From NCBI GenBank assembly GCA_016748015.1, contig JAAOMT010000660.1, positions 201,875-265,874 on the forward strand: a DNA stretch of 64,000 nt, given 5' to 3'. The notes below the pieces were generated by a model, which saw only the letters and a list, made by a program, of their open reading frames with translations, ran no database searches and was not told where the DNA came from. Positions 50,776 to 64,000 of this stretch are shown here, piece after piece (within the stretch, counting starts at the first letter, position 1; every line of letters begins with the position of its first letter). Source of the DNA: Geosiphon pyriformis uo1. Taxonomy: Eukaryota; Fungi; Glomeromycota. Position numbers and translations under genes: made by a program.

Positions 50776-50984
50776 ATGCCATCTTTCAACATTGCCCAAA
50801 TGTACTACTAAATAGATCTATGAAAACCATAACAGTTAACAACATAGGACAAATAACTAATCAACAGTTCAAAAACCTACAAAAGGCAATACTCAAGGCA
50901 ACAATCGAACATTACACAAATGAAGCCATGATAACAGATACATACGGTTTTGCAGGAGCTCAATTTTAAAAAAGAGAGAGATAA

Positions 50985-52160
<1,176 letters not shown>

Positions 52161-54078
52161 CTGAGAATGACACAACAAAGCTGGAGATTAGCAATAGTAG
52201 CCTATTAACCAATCTCTAATTCATCCAACCAGCCATCAGGATTGTGACAGTGGAATTCAGGAATTAGGTACACCCAAAACCCGAATTCTTAACACTATTT
52301 AAGTCTTCTGGTTATCTCAGAAAATGCTTCATCCAACAACTGGGAACCCAACCAAAACAAATTACTTACCAGCAACATATCTTCAGCCACTGTAACCAAC
52401 AATGAATCACTAGCAGCAATTTTTTCATTTGAATTCAAAGAACTATTACAAATACCATTGTTTAATAAAGCTGTACTCAAAAAAAACCCATTATTACTAT
52501 GTACACTGATGCTAAAGTTGATGGTTAGACCATAAAACTGATCTTAGATAGTGGTTCAGCAGACAGCATCATCACATAACAACTTATGAACCAATTAAGT
52601 CACCAAGTTGATCAAGCTGCCAGCACAAGGATAGTTACAGCTGATAGAGCCACCAAGACTCCAATTGGTAAAATAAATAACTTACCCATTGAAATTAATG
52701 GCGTCATTACTCCTATTAAAGTCTTGATAATAGAAGCAACACAATACCAGGCACTAGTTGGCAATGATTGGTTATCCAAAACTAATGTCATGCTTAATTG
52801 GACCACACAAGAGCTCTAACTCAGTATAAATGATCAGCACACACATATATCAGCCACATGTGGCCACTTTTAAACAAACACAGCAATCACACTCCTAATA
52901 GAATTTGAAAAAAAAAGAAAAAAACCTACTTGGAAAGCCTATCAAATTTTATGGGCTAACATTAATTACAACAAACTACCACTAATACCATTATGGAATG
53001 ACAATAGAAAAGAGAAAGAAAGAAGAAAAACTTACCAAAAATACTGACCAAACATGATAGACTGACAACAACAGTACTAAGCTAATACTAACCTGGAAGT
53101 AGGAAGAGAATACCAAGAGAAAAAGAAAAGAGAAGAAAAAAGAGCTAACACCAACCATCACCACTTATATTTTATACATCTATACCCTACTATTATTATC
53201 TAACTATTGCCAACCAAAACTGGTATGCATTGATTGTGGCAAGAAATTGTTGTCAATAGGTATATGCTGTAGTGATGATAAGAAATACTCTATGGCAACC
53301 AAATTCTACTGCTGTCCATACATCCTAGAATGCTTTGGAAGACCAAAGAGGCAAGAAAAATAGGACAACAAACCTTGTCTCACTTGTAAAGAAATTTTAT
53401 TAGATAAAAGAATGTGAAACAACATTCCTGAACAAGGAGAAACCTGTAACAAATCATGTCAATACACAATTCTAATCAGTGACTGGATAAGAAAAGAGAT
53501 TTCCATAAAAGCTGTCTAGAGAAGAGCAGTAAAATATCTGAACAGTTGTCCACATAATAATAATGAAATCTGGTAAATGGCACTCGCCAAAATTGAAAAA
53601 ACATCATCAAAAGAAATAAGAATAATTAAAAACAATCTACCAGACCCATAAAACTCAACTGGGGCCCAAATTCAGATATTATACTAGAACTTATGAATTC
53701 AGAACAATTCCACAAGCATTACCAAAAATTAACACTCACTTGAAAAGAACAGAAGCAATGATTGAAAAAAATAAACACACAATTATGTGATCATTGTTTG
53801 ATTTTCTGTGACTTCCAATATTGTAATGAGTGTGACCTCATTTACAATTTACCACCATACATAATCTACACAATTCTAGAAAAAAAGAAACCAATTAATA
53901 GCTGCACATCAGAACTGGAATCAACTTTCAATCTCAATTCAAATTTCAACAATAATGATGACAAAAACAACAGTTTTAGCTTTATACAAATTGGCAACCA
54001 CAACAATAATTCAAATTCTGATTCAAATCCAAAACAATATATTACTCTTTCTGACCTCACCAAAAAACAGAAATTGAA

Positions 54079-54498
54079 ATGGTTCAGTGATAATAATAAA
54101 GGTATTATGCCAGAATGTGCACATAATACTAATGCCAGATTTAATCTGAAATATCTGAGAAAAAATGCCATTAAATTGAAACCACATTCACACATCTGTA
54201 TTAATCTCAAAATAGCATTAGAAATCTCAGCAACAACAATGGTTTAATTAGCATCTAAGAGTAGGTGAACAAAAAAAGAAATCAACATCAGAGAAGGAAT
54301 AATTGACACAGGATATGTAAGAAATATCATTGTAATATTACAAAATAACTTAGAAAAAACCTATATTATAAAGCCAAATAAAAAGATAGCACAGGCAATA
54401 TTTCTGTCTCTGGTTAAAATAGCTCAATTAGTACTAGTGAGAAACAAAAAAAAATTAGAGATTACAGCTAAAGGGATACAGAGATTCGGATCCATAGG
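54079..54498 (+). pseudogene. dUTPase domain of element E
   Basis: AHNTNARFNLKY, LASKSR, GIIDTGYVRNI, KIAQAIFL, KGIQRFGSIG. Confidence 0.85.
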
Positions 54499-57400
54499 TA
54501 GAATAGATATATCAGTTAATATGGCAGAAGAAATTGTTAACAAGAGGAAAATTATCTTCACTTGTTAATCAATTTCCATTTCATCATATGACCAGTATAT
54601 GTTAATCATAAAGAGGAAAGTGAAGAATCAGGTTCAAATTTTTGAGGCAGAAGCAACACTTTGTAAATTAAAAGAAATTGGATTAGTTAATTTATACATA
54701 CCAGCCAAGAACCACAGTCACATCAAAATTCTTATTTACAACAACATAGAAAACACCATTAAAATACCAGAAGAAACTACTATTAGATATCTAATCACCA
54801 AAATTAAAGACCAATTGCCAAACACCATTCCAGATTTTCCACAATTGTGTAAATATGTAGATATAACATCTCAAACAATATATGAATAAAAAGAATGTTA
54901 TTTGCTTCAACCAAAACAATTAGAACAGATGAACTTGGGAAATCTAGACCCACTATAATGTATACAACTTAAGATATTACTTAACAATTTCAACAACATT
55001 TTTGCCAGTAAAAACTAATTTAGCAGAACTGACATAATCCAGCACCAGATATAGACTAAAAATGCAATACCAATTAAACAAAGAGCATACAAAGTACCAC
55101 CAGCCAACCATGAGATCATTTGTTAAGAAATCAATTAGATGCTTGACAATGGACTAATTCAGTTCTTAATGAGCTTATGGTCATTATCAGTAGTACTAGT
55201 ACATAAAAAAAATAGAAAAATCTGTTTTTGTATGGATTACTAAAAACTGAATAGAGTAACAAAAAGAGATAGTTATCCGACTCTAAAAATCCAAGAACTG
55301 TTCAATGCTTTTGGAGGAAAGAAATGGTTTTCAACTCTAGACTTAAACAGTGGTTACTAGCAAATAGCCATAAACTCAGAAAACAAAAAGAAAACAGCTT
55401 TTACAACTCAAGAAAAAAATTTTGAATTTGAAGTTATGCTATTTGGCTTGATAAATGCTCCAGCCACATTTCAATGGCTTATAAAAATTGTTTATACTGA
55501 ACTACTATGAAAATCAGTAGTCATATATTTGGATAACACTAATGTGTTCTCCAAAACATTCAATGATTATTTATACTATCTTCAACAAGTATTTAAAAAA
55601 TTAAGAAGAGCCAGATTAAAATTAAATACAACTAAATGTTTCTTTGGAAAAACTGAACTCAAGTTTTTGGGACATGTTGTGAGTAAAAATAGAATCAAAA
55701 CAGATCCAGACAAAATTGAAATAGTTAAGAACTTTTCAGTACCTACCAACTTAACAAAACTACGAATATTCTTAGAATTTGCAGGTTATTAATGCTGTTT
55801 CATCAAAGATTTTTCCAAACTAGCTCAGCCATTACACCAGCTCCAAACAAAAAACACCAAATATGAATGGACAGAAACTTAACAAGAAGCTTTTAATAGA
55901 TTAAGAAGAAAGCTTATTCAAGTTCCAGTATTGATCTATCCAGATTATAGCAAGCCATTTATAATTATAACTGATGCATCTGGTCAAGCATTAAGAGCAA
56001 TACTATCTCAAAAAAAAACAGATAAAAGAAAACACCTAGTAGCATATACCAGCTGCAGCTTAAATTCAGCTGAAAAAAACTATAAAATACCAGCATTGAA
56101 ATACTTAGCTATCTATTGGGCTGTTACCAAATGGAAAAAATACTTAAATCAAAAGTTTGAGGTGTATACTGATCACAAAAGATTGACTTCAATCTAAAAG
56201 CAAAAATTTGGAGACAATTATCATGTCAGATAAAAAATAGAACTTTTACTATTTAATTATACAGTATATTACAAAAAAAGAAAAAAAAATAGAAATGCTG
56301 ATGGCTTGTTATAAATGAAACAAATCTAAAACCAGTCCAACTCAAAAATATAACAAAAGATGAATATACAAAAATATTAACAACTTCAACATTATATAAA
56401 TACCCAATTGTTTAAGGAGGAATTATCTCAAAAAGAACAAAATAACATAAAACAACAATCAAAATATTTTATTAACCATCAAAATATACTTTACCAGAAG
56501 AACAAAAAAAATCTAGATCAACAAACCAAAGTAATTACAGAATCAGAGAAAGAGACAATATTGTTCAATATGCACTCAGATCTAACAGCAAGACATTTTC
56601 ACAAAGAAATGACAATAGAAAAAATCAGAAAAAATATTATTGGTTATTTATGTCATCCAATATGTCCAAAATTGTGATGTTTGTCAGAAAAGAGAAGAAA
56701 CAAAATCCAGTGAGCTATTGAGACCAATCAAAGTGAAACAACTATTTGATCACATTAGAATTGACTTAGTCAGACTATTAACAATAACCAGTAGAAACAA
56801 CAGATATATTGCAGTAGCCATAAACTATTTAACAAAATGGCCAGAAGCAAAAGCCATTCAAAAAGCAGATACAGAATCTATTGCTGAATTTATTCATCAA
56901 GATTTGATCTGTTGACACAGATGTCCAAAAGAACTATTATCAAATCAAAGAACTCACTTTGTAAATAGAACATTAACAGAATTAAGTCAAAAATTTGGGA
57001 TAAAAAGACTATTATTATTATCATACTATCTATAAACAAATGGGTTAGTTGAAAGATTTAACAGAACATTGTGTAAAACAATCGCCAAAATCAGTCAAGA
57101 AAACCAGGATAAATGGGATTTGTTTATATCATCAGTATTATTTGCTTACTGAACAATGAAACAAGACACTATACAAGCAACACCATTTGAATTAGTATAT
57201 GGTAAAACAGCAACATTATTAGTTGAGATAAAAGTCAAAACATATCTAACAAAACCAATAACAGAAGAGAATTTTCAAAGAATATTGTTAAGAAGAACAT
57301 ATGACTTAATAGAAACATTAGAAAACAAATGGTAAAAAGCAGCTAATAACATCTAAAAGTCACAAAAAAAACAAAAAAAAAGACACAATAACCAATTACC

Positions 57401-58427
57401 AGATAAACCAGTCAAATTTAGGATTGAAAACAAAGTACTTTTACATTATACCAAAGCAGAAAAACAATGGAGTAAAAAATTTGACCCCAAATGAGACAAA
57501 CCATTTCATGTAGAAGAAATTCTAGGAAATAAAGCTTATAAATTAAGGTTGAACAACAAAATTTTAACCAAAGCAGCATATGAAGATCAACTGAAATGAT
57601 ATCAAAACATAGCATCAGCATCCACCAGTAATATTTCACAACTGGGAGCACAGAGAATACTAGTTCAACCAGATGAGATTCCATGAGATCTGGAACCAAT
57701 TATAGTTATTGAACCAAACATGTTAAATTGAATAACCAAAAGAGTATATAAAAACGTGATATACATAACAAAAAAAAAATAGAAATACCAAACCATATTC
57801 ACACTTTAGCTTAACAATTGTTTCAGGCTTTAAGTCAACAGCAAGTAAACATGAAAATTATTATTAACAACCAAAAAATCTGTTATCAAAACACCAAACA
57901 AAAAGAGAAAAGTACACCATACTAGTGACCACAGAAACAATTAATAAACTGGTCAGATAAAATAGTAGAGAAAGTAAAGAACACTTTTGAAAAGATAATC
58001 ATCATTGTTCCAACAGAAAAACTAATAAAAGAAAATTGAAACCAATAGATAGACCAACTTTTAATACCATACTGCTATTATCAATTAGAACAAAAAGTAG
58101 ATATTTAGAAGTTATATCTTGACAAATCCAAGAGAATCTTCAATCAAAAGATAATTTGAAACATTAAAGACATTATTGGAAAGAAAACAAATTTAACACT
58201 ATACATTAAGACCATTTATTAACTACACACTATATTTCAAAACTACCCAGAAGTATTATTACACTCTAACATAGAAACAATAATTATTAACCAATGGAAA
58301 AAAATGAACAACTCACAAATTGAGAAAATAAAGAGTAGGGTGGAACAGACACTACTTGAAAAAAAAGTATTTGACATAATTCAAAATAAGGATTTTAACA
58401 GAGCTCAATATTAAAAAGAGAAAATAA

Positions 58428-59263
58428 TATTACTTATAAAAAAAACAGATATAGAAAAATAGTAGACCAATAAGGAAGTAATAGTTAGCACATGAGCATA
58501 TTGTTCAGCAATATGGAGCAATATTAGAAAATTAGGGCATATTGCTTAGCAATGTGAGCATTGCTCAAAAAATTATAACACATTGCTTAAGAATGTGAGT
58601 GATCTCATAAAACATAAATTAGGTATATATAGCAGTAGCATTAGAAGCAGAAAAGACAGACCTCTCAATTTAGATTTAATCTAAGCAACCTTCTACACCA
58701 CAAATATCAATAAATAATTATTTATTATCTTAATCTACTCTCTATTATCAACACTTCATGTTGATAGTAATTGATACTTAACTATATTGGAACAATAGCT
58801 CTTGATCATGGCTATTAACGAAATACTAACATTTATTGTCTTGGCTTATTTTTTTATTTTTTTTTCTTTTGTTGTTATTTCTTGTTGTGTACTAATTGAT
58901 TAAAAGATTAAAGTGCTGAGTTACTAATATCAGGATATAGCACTGGTAAAAGACCCAGGAATAAGAATAGACACTCAGATTTGAGAATAGCTTACCAGGA
59001 AATTGTCAGCCATCATGCCAAAAAAAAAATTAATGGAATTGTGATTTTAGGAAGCAATAGACAACAACTACTTAACCTGTGAGTTAACACTTGAAACACT
59101 ATTGAAAAAAAAAACCACATTGGAATCTCTATTCATTATATAAAAGATTTCATCAAAACTTTCAAATACAAACAACCTTCAGAAACCAACATTATTATAT
59201 CAATTGAATACCAAGTTATGAGTTTGTTATTTGCTTTGAGACCCCAAATAATTATCTGTAATA
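58428..59263 (+). repeat. 3' LTR of element E
   Basis: Runs tattac (decayed TGTTAC)...tgtaata. Palindromic gcatattgc/gcaatatg U3 repeats, TATA at ~58624, hairpins and a T-tract. Confidence 0.85.
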
Positions 59264-62200
59264 ATGTCCACATATTTACACAGTTGTGGAAAGTCTGGAA
59301 TGTAGTTTGGTAGTTGATTCTCAACTTTTGTGTTTATATATCCAATAATAGTTTTTTTTGGTATTTCTATAATATTTTCAGTTGTATTATAGATAGGAAT
59401 TTTAATATGATTATTTTTTTTGGCTGGTATGTAAAAATTGGTAAGTCTAATCTTTTCTGATTCACATATAGTTGGTTCTGCTTCAAAAATTTGATCCTGA
59501 TCTTTTATTTTTCTTTTTAATACTAATATATATCTATTATATGGCAAAATAAAAACTGATTAACAGGTGAAGATAATTTTTTTCTTGTCAATAACTTCTT
59601 TCTTTGCTATGTTAACTGGTATATTTATTTTACTCATGGATCTGAATCTATTAATCTCTTTTGCTGTTATCTTTAATTCTTTTCTGTTTTTATAAATACT
59701 AATTAAGTTATTTTAACCAGAGACAAAAATATTGTTTGTGCTATCTTTTTATTTGGCTTTATGATATAGGCCTTTTCTGAGTCGTTTTGTAGCATTGTAA
59801 TAATATTTTCTACATATTTTGCATCAATTATTTCTCCTTTGATATTGAATTTTTTTTGCTAAACTACTCTTAAATGCTAACTGAATCATTGTTGTTGCTG
59901 AAATTTTTATTGTTATTTTCAAATCAATACAAATACATAAATATGGTTCCAATTTGATGGCATTTTTTTCTGAATATCTCAGATCAAATCTTGTATCAGT
60001 ATTATGCATGTATTTTGGCATAATATTTTCATTATTATTGCTGAACCATTTGAGTTGTTGCTTCTAAAACAAATCAGTTAGCACAATGTATTGTTTAGAG
60101 TTTAAATTAAGATTTGAATTGTTATTATTGTTGTTGCCATTTGGAATGGAACTAGAACTATTGTTATTGTTATCATTGTTAGGATTTAAATTGAGATTAA
60201 ATGGTGATTCCAATTTTATTTTACAGCTGTTGATTGGTTTTTTTTCTTTAGAATTGTGTAGATTATGTATGATAGTAAATTATAAATAAGGTCACACTCA
60301 TTACAATATTAAAAGTCATATGGAATTAAACAGTAGTCATATAATCTGATATTAATTTGTTCTAAGCATTGCTTTTATTCTGCTCAAATGAGTACTAGGT
60401 TTTGGTAGTATTCATGAAATTGCTTAAAATTGTCTTTGGTGTTATCAAAGACATTAAAAGTTAAAAAGTATTCAGGTTTAAAAAGAATGAGTAGATTGTT
60501 TTTGATTTTTAGTATTTCATTGGTTAAAGCTTCTTCTGCTTTTACACTCATCATGTAAGTATCCTTTTAATTGTCACAGTGCTTACTTTCAGGTATTGTT
60601 AATTGGAGTTCTTTTTTATATTCAGTCATTGATTAAAATCATGTATTGACATGATTTGTTGCACATTTCTTCTTGTTCAAGAATGTTGTTCCACATTTTT
60701 TCATCATACAAAATTGTTCTACACACTAGACAAAATTTATTATTTCATTTTTTTTATTGTTTGGGTTATCCAAAACGTTCAAAAACATACAAATAACAAT
60801 AGAATTTGGTTGTCATTGGTCATTTTTTGTTGTTACTACAGCATGTGTTTATTGTAGACAATTTCTTATTATAATTAACACATATGAGCTTGGGTCGACA
60901 ATAATTTGTTTAAAGTAAGATAGTATATAGAATATAAGTAGATGTGGTCACTTGTGTTGTCTTTTCTTTCTTTTTCTTCTTTTTTTTTCATTTTTTTTCT
61001 AGGTTGAAATTAGTGGTAGTTTGTTGTGGTCATCTTTGTTAGCCACAAAATTTGGTAGGCTTCTTAGGTAGGTTTTTTCTTGTTTTTCAAATTCAATTAA
61101 TGGTACTGGCATGTTGATGGTCTTAAAATAATTACATGTTGCTGGTATTTGCATGTTTTGCCTATTCTGGCTTAATTAGAGCTTTTGCATTGTCCAATTG
61201 AGTACAACATTGGTTTTGACTAGTCAATTATTACCAATTAGTGCTTGATACTGAGTAGTTTCTATTACTAAAACTTTGATTGGTGCAATGATACTATTAA
61301 CTTCAAAAAGAATGTCATCAATTTTGCCAATTAAAGTTTTAATAGCTTCATTAACTGTAATAATTTTGGCACTGGCAGTGTGATCAACTCATCAATCTAA
61401 TTGGTCTATAAGTTGTCATGTAATAATACTGTCTGCTGACCAACTGTCAAGAATTAGTTTAATGAACTGACCATCAATTTTGGCATTGGTATACATTACA
61501 ATAATGGGTTTGGCATTAAAGACAGCTTTGCTAAAAAGGGGTATTTTAGTTGGTTCTTCAATTTCAAAAAAAAATGACTGCTAGTGATTTGTTATTAATA
61601 ACTATTGTTGATGAAATATTATTAGTAAGTGGTTGTTTGGTTTTCTGGTAACTGGATTGAGTGTTTTCTGGGGTCACAAAGAGGCTTAAATAGTTTTGAA
61701 AATTTGGGTGCTATATGTACCTGGTTTCTGAACTTTGCTGTCATAATTTTAATGGTTGGTTGATTAAGCTGGAAATTGGTTAGTGCATAACCATTGCCAA
61801 TCTCCAGTTTTGTTGTGTGTCTATGTGATCCTTAGTGTTGGAATTCTGCTTGTTATTTGAGCTAAGTTTGGTGATTGGGTTTGAATTGGTGGAGTTTGAT
61901 AAATTATTTGTGGTGGTGGTGGTTAATAAATTACTGGTGTTGGTGGCTAATAGATAAGTGGTTAATAAATAGGCTATATTACTTAAGTGTAATATAGTTA
62001 ATATTAGTATTGTTTTTGTGATTAATTACTAACATAATTCTGAATTTGAAATCAGTGATTGAAGTTTTAATACTGATTTTCCAATCATTGATTGTTTAAC
62101 TATTTGTGACATTCAAATTGTAAATATTCTTGTTTACTACAATAGTGGCAAATATGTATTTCTTGTTATTATAATTAATCAGCTGATAGATGTGCCTAAT

Positions 62201-64000
62201 TTTGGAAACAATTTGAGTTTTTTTGATTATTGTGTTGTTGAAAAAATTGATAAATTGCCTAAGTATTCCTTAAACTTCTGATCAATTAAATTACTGAACT
62301 GTTTCAATTTTGAATTCAAGTTAAATGATTTATTCATTGCTAGATTTACAGCTTGGATATGATTGGTTTCTAATTTAACTGATTCTAAATCTCTGACATG
62401 ATTAATGGCATTCTGAAGTGTAGCTAAGTATAATAGACATATGTGTTGTAATAAGCTGCTATATAGTCCACAAATAAACTAATTCAAGATCTGGAGTACT
62501 ATAAAGTAATTTGCATTGATGACTTGAATATGACACAGATTTCTGTGGAAGCATCTTAAGTAAGTAGTAACTGCCTTAGTGTTTTTTTGTTTGATAGTAG
62601 TAAAATTAGTTGCTAAGCAATTAATACTATTATAATTACTAAAATATTGCAGAAACACGACTTTGAATACATTGAAATATTGCAGTTTGTTTATAAAATT
62701 TTGGTACCAAAAATTAGCAGTGTTCTGTAGAAAGTATGGGATGACTTATATTGCTTTGGCATTATTCCAGTTGTTGGCAGTTATTGCTTTGGCTATGTCA
62801 TTAAGCCAAACTTGGGTATTATTCTCTTCTCCAGTAAATTTTTTTAATTTGGCAATTGATGCATAAACTATTGATATAATAATTGGTTGTTGTGATAAGG
62901 TGACAACTGGTGGTAAATTAATTACAATTTCTGGAGGTAAGTTTTACTGATTAATAATGTCGAAATTTGAATTATTTGGGTTTTGTTGAGTCTGAGCAAT
63001 CACAGTTTGTATTTTTGGGTTTCTTGAAATTAAGTTTTAATAGTTAAATTTCTGATTCTTGTTTTCTTTTTCTTCTGATTCTGTTACTTTTTAAAAACTT
63101 GTGGTTTCGAAATCTGGTGGAGGTAATAGTAATTAAAATCTTAATGGCATTGGTAATTGCAATTTAAATTTTCAAAGTAATTGTCATAGGTTCCTAATAA
63201 TTCTGCTTTCTTTTGTTTACTTTGAAATAGAAATTGAGCTATTGGTATTTTTGTATTTGATGTAGATGTGTCTGTTGATATAATGTTAATAGTACTTTTT
63301 AGTGTATAGTGGTATAATAGATTGATTAGTGACTCAACTCTGGTTTTCTTTCAAGTAGGTGGTTGTATTTTCTGGGATGTTATTGCTAGTGTTTGTAGTT
63401 TTCTTTTGTCTTTGTTTGCATAGATAATTAGATATTTTTATTGGGTGTAATTGTTAATTTCTTTATTGATCTTAGTAATGATTAATACAAAATTATGATT
63501 TACTAGTAGGCTGGTGTTTTGAATTAATTCATTGTAGAAATTTTTTCTTGCTAATTTGGTATTTATTGGTGCTTCTAGAAAATAAGAAATTCTCTTGTTG
63601 ATATAGAAATTAAAGACTAATTTTGTTGATAGATAATTGCTAGTTAATCCCAAGTGTTAACAATAATGTTGAAATAAAAATTTGGCAAATTCTAAATGGT
63701 TTGTTTCTATTCTTTCTGGTTTGCCATATTTGAATAGTTGTTGTTAATACTGGTTCTCTGTAGAATTATATTTCACAGAGAGCACCAAATGTTACAGATA
63801 ATTATTTGGGTGGTAGAATTAATAACAAACTCATAACTTGGTGCTCAATAGTTAATTAGTGTTGGTAATATTTGAAGATTCTATTAATCTAAAAATTTTG
63901 GGTAAGTTCTTTGTATAATGAATAGAGATTCAAAGATGATTTTGTCTGTAACTTCCCAGAATTGCAATTTCATTGAATTTTTTTCTCAGAATGATGGCCA
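59264..64000 (-). mobile_element. Ty3/Gypsy element F (5' half: LTR, PBS, gag, PR, Cys-rich, dUTPase, spacer), interrupted by E
   Basis: LTR end at 63790 (tgttaca on plus), continuing past 64000; PBS 63772-63787. gag KLKKFTGEE ~62830, PR LILDS ~61450, dUTPase ~59634-60050 (HNTDTRFDLRY, KIAQTIFL, NRFRSM). Cut at PDFPQLCKYVDI. Confidence 0.88.

Larger units (their letters stand above)
44047..50969 (+). pseudogene. Element A third ORF (about 244 aa, unknown function), split by element C
   Basis: 44047-44591 and 50780-50969 rejoin in frame (735 nt) after removing element C and one TSD copy: MDLSDQILKLF...AYWFYKIGEQL...KEAYILYA|IFQHCPNVLL...IGQITNQQF...GFAGAQF*. Two internal TGA codons. Confidence 0.75.
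52161..59263 (+). mobile_element. Ty3/Gypsy element E (5' LTR and most of gag missing)
   Basis: PR LILDSGSA (~52540), Cys-rich region 53220-53840, dUTPase ~54079-54498, RT ~55070-55800, RH to 56329, IN from ATG 56360, ORF3 ~57779-58414. PPT, then 3' LTR 58428-59263. Confidence 0.9.

Noticed and set aside
44047-50969. env gene in the post-integrase position
   Set aside because: No signal peptide, fusion peptide or transmembrane anchor is visible.
50619-50969. 116-aa ORF as a standalone gene
   Set aside because: Chimeric: the first part is LTR sequence and the rest is the tail of the element A ORF3.

Overview
Eukaryotic, fungal DNA. The intron-rich genes and the style of the repeats suggest Glomeromycotina/Mucoromycota, possibly Geosiphon-like; the taxon is an inference. 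The first ~8.7 kb is a compact island of four housekeeping genes: a SLY41/SLC35E1-type transporter (partial), LYS9 saccharopine dehydrogenase, ETR1/MECR mitochondrial enoyl-ACP reductase and TFG1 (TFIIF large subunit). The remaining ~55 kb is a nested retrotransposon graveyard degraded by C>T/G>A transitions. It holds two RNase H-bearing LINEs (one full length with a TSD), a LINE 3' relic, five Ty3/Gypsy elements (called B, A, C, E, F here) and several solo or partial LTRs with 4-bp TSDs. The Gypsy lineage has an unusual layout: a single-frame gag-protease-Cys-rich domain-dUTPase-(dUTPase-like spacer)-RT-RNaseH polyprotein, an apparently separate integrase ORF, and a third non-env accessory ORF. 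The LTRs are mosaics of exchangeable modules and carry a hairpin with a 9-nt loop and a family-specific palindromic hexamer (TGATCA or TAGCTA), matching the geometry of a retroviral kissing-loop dimerisation signal. All coordinates were read by eye. Element ends and splice sites should be within a few bases; internal domain boundaries are approximate.
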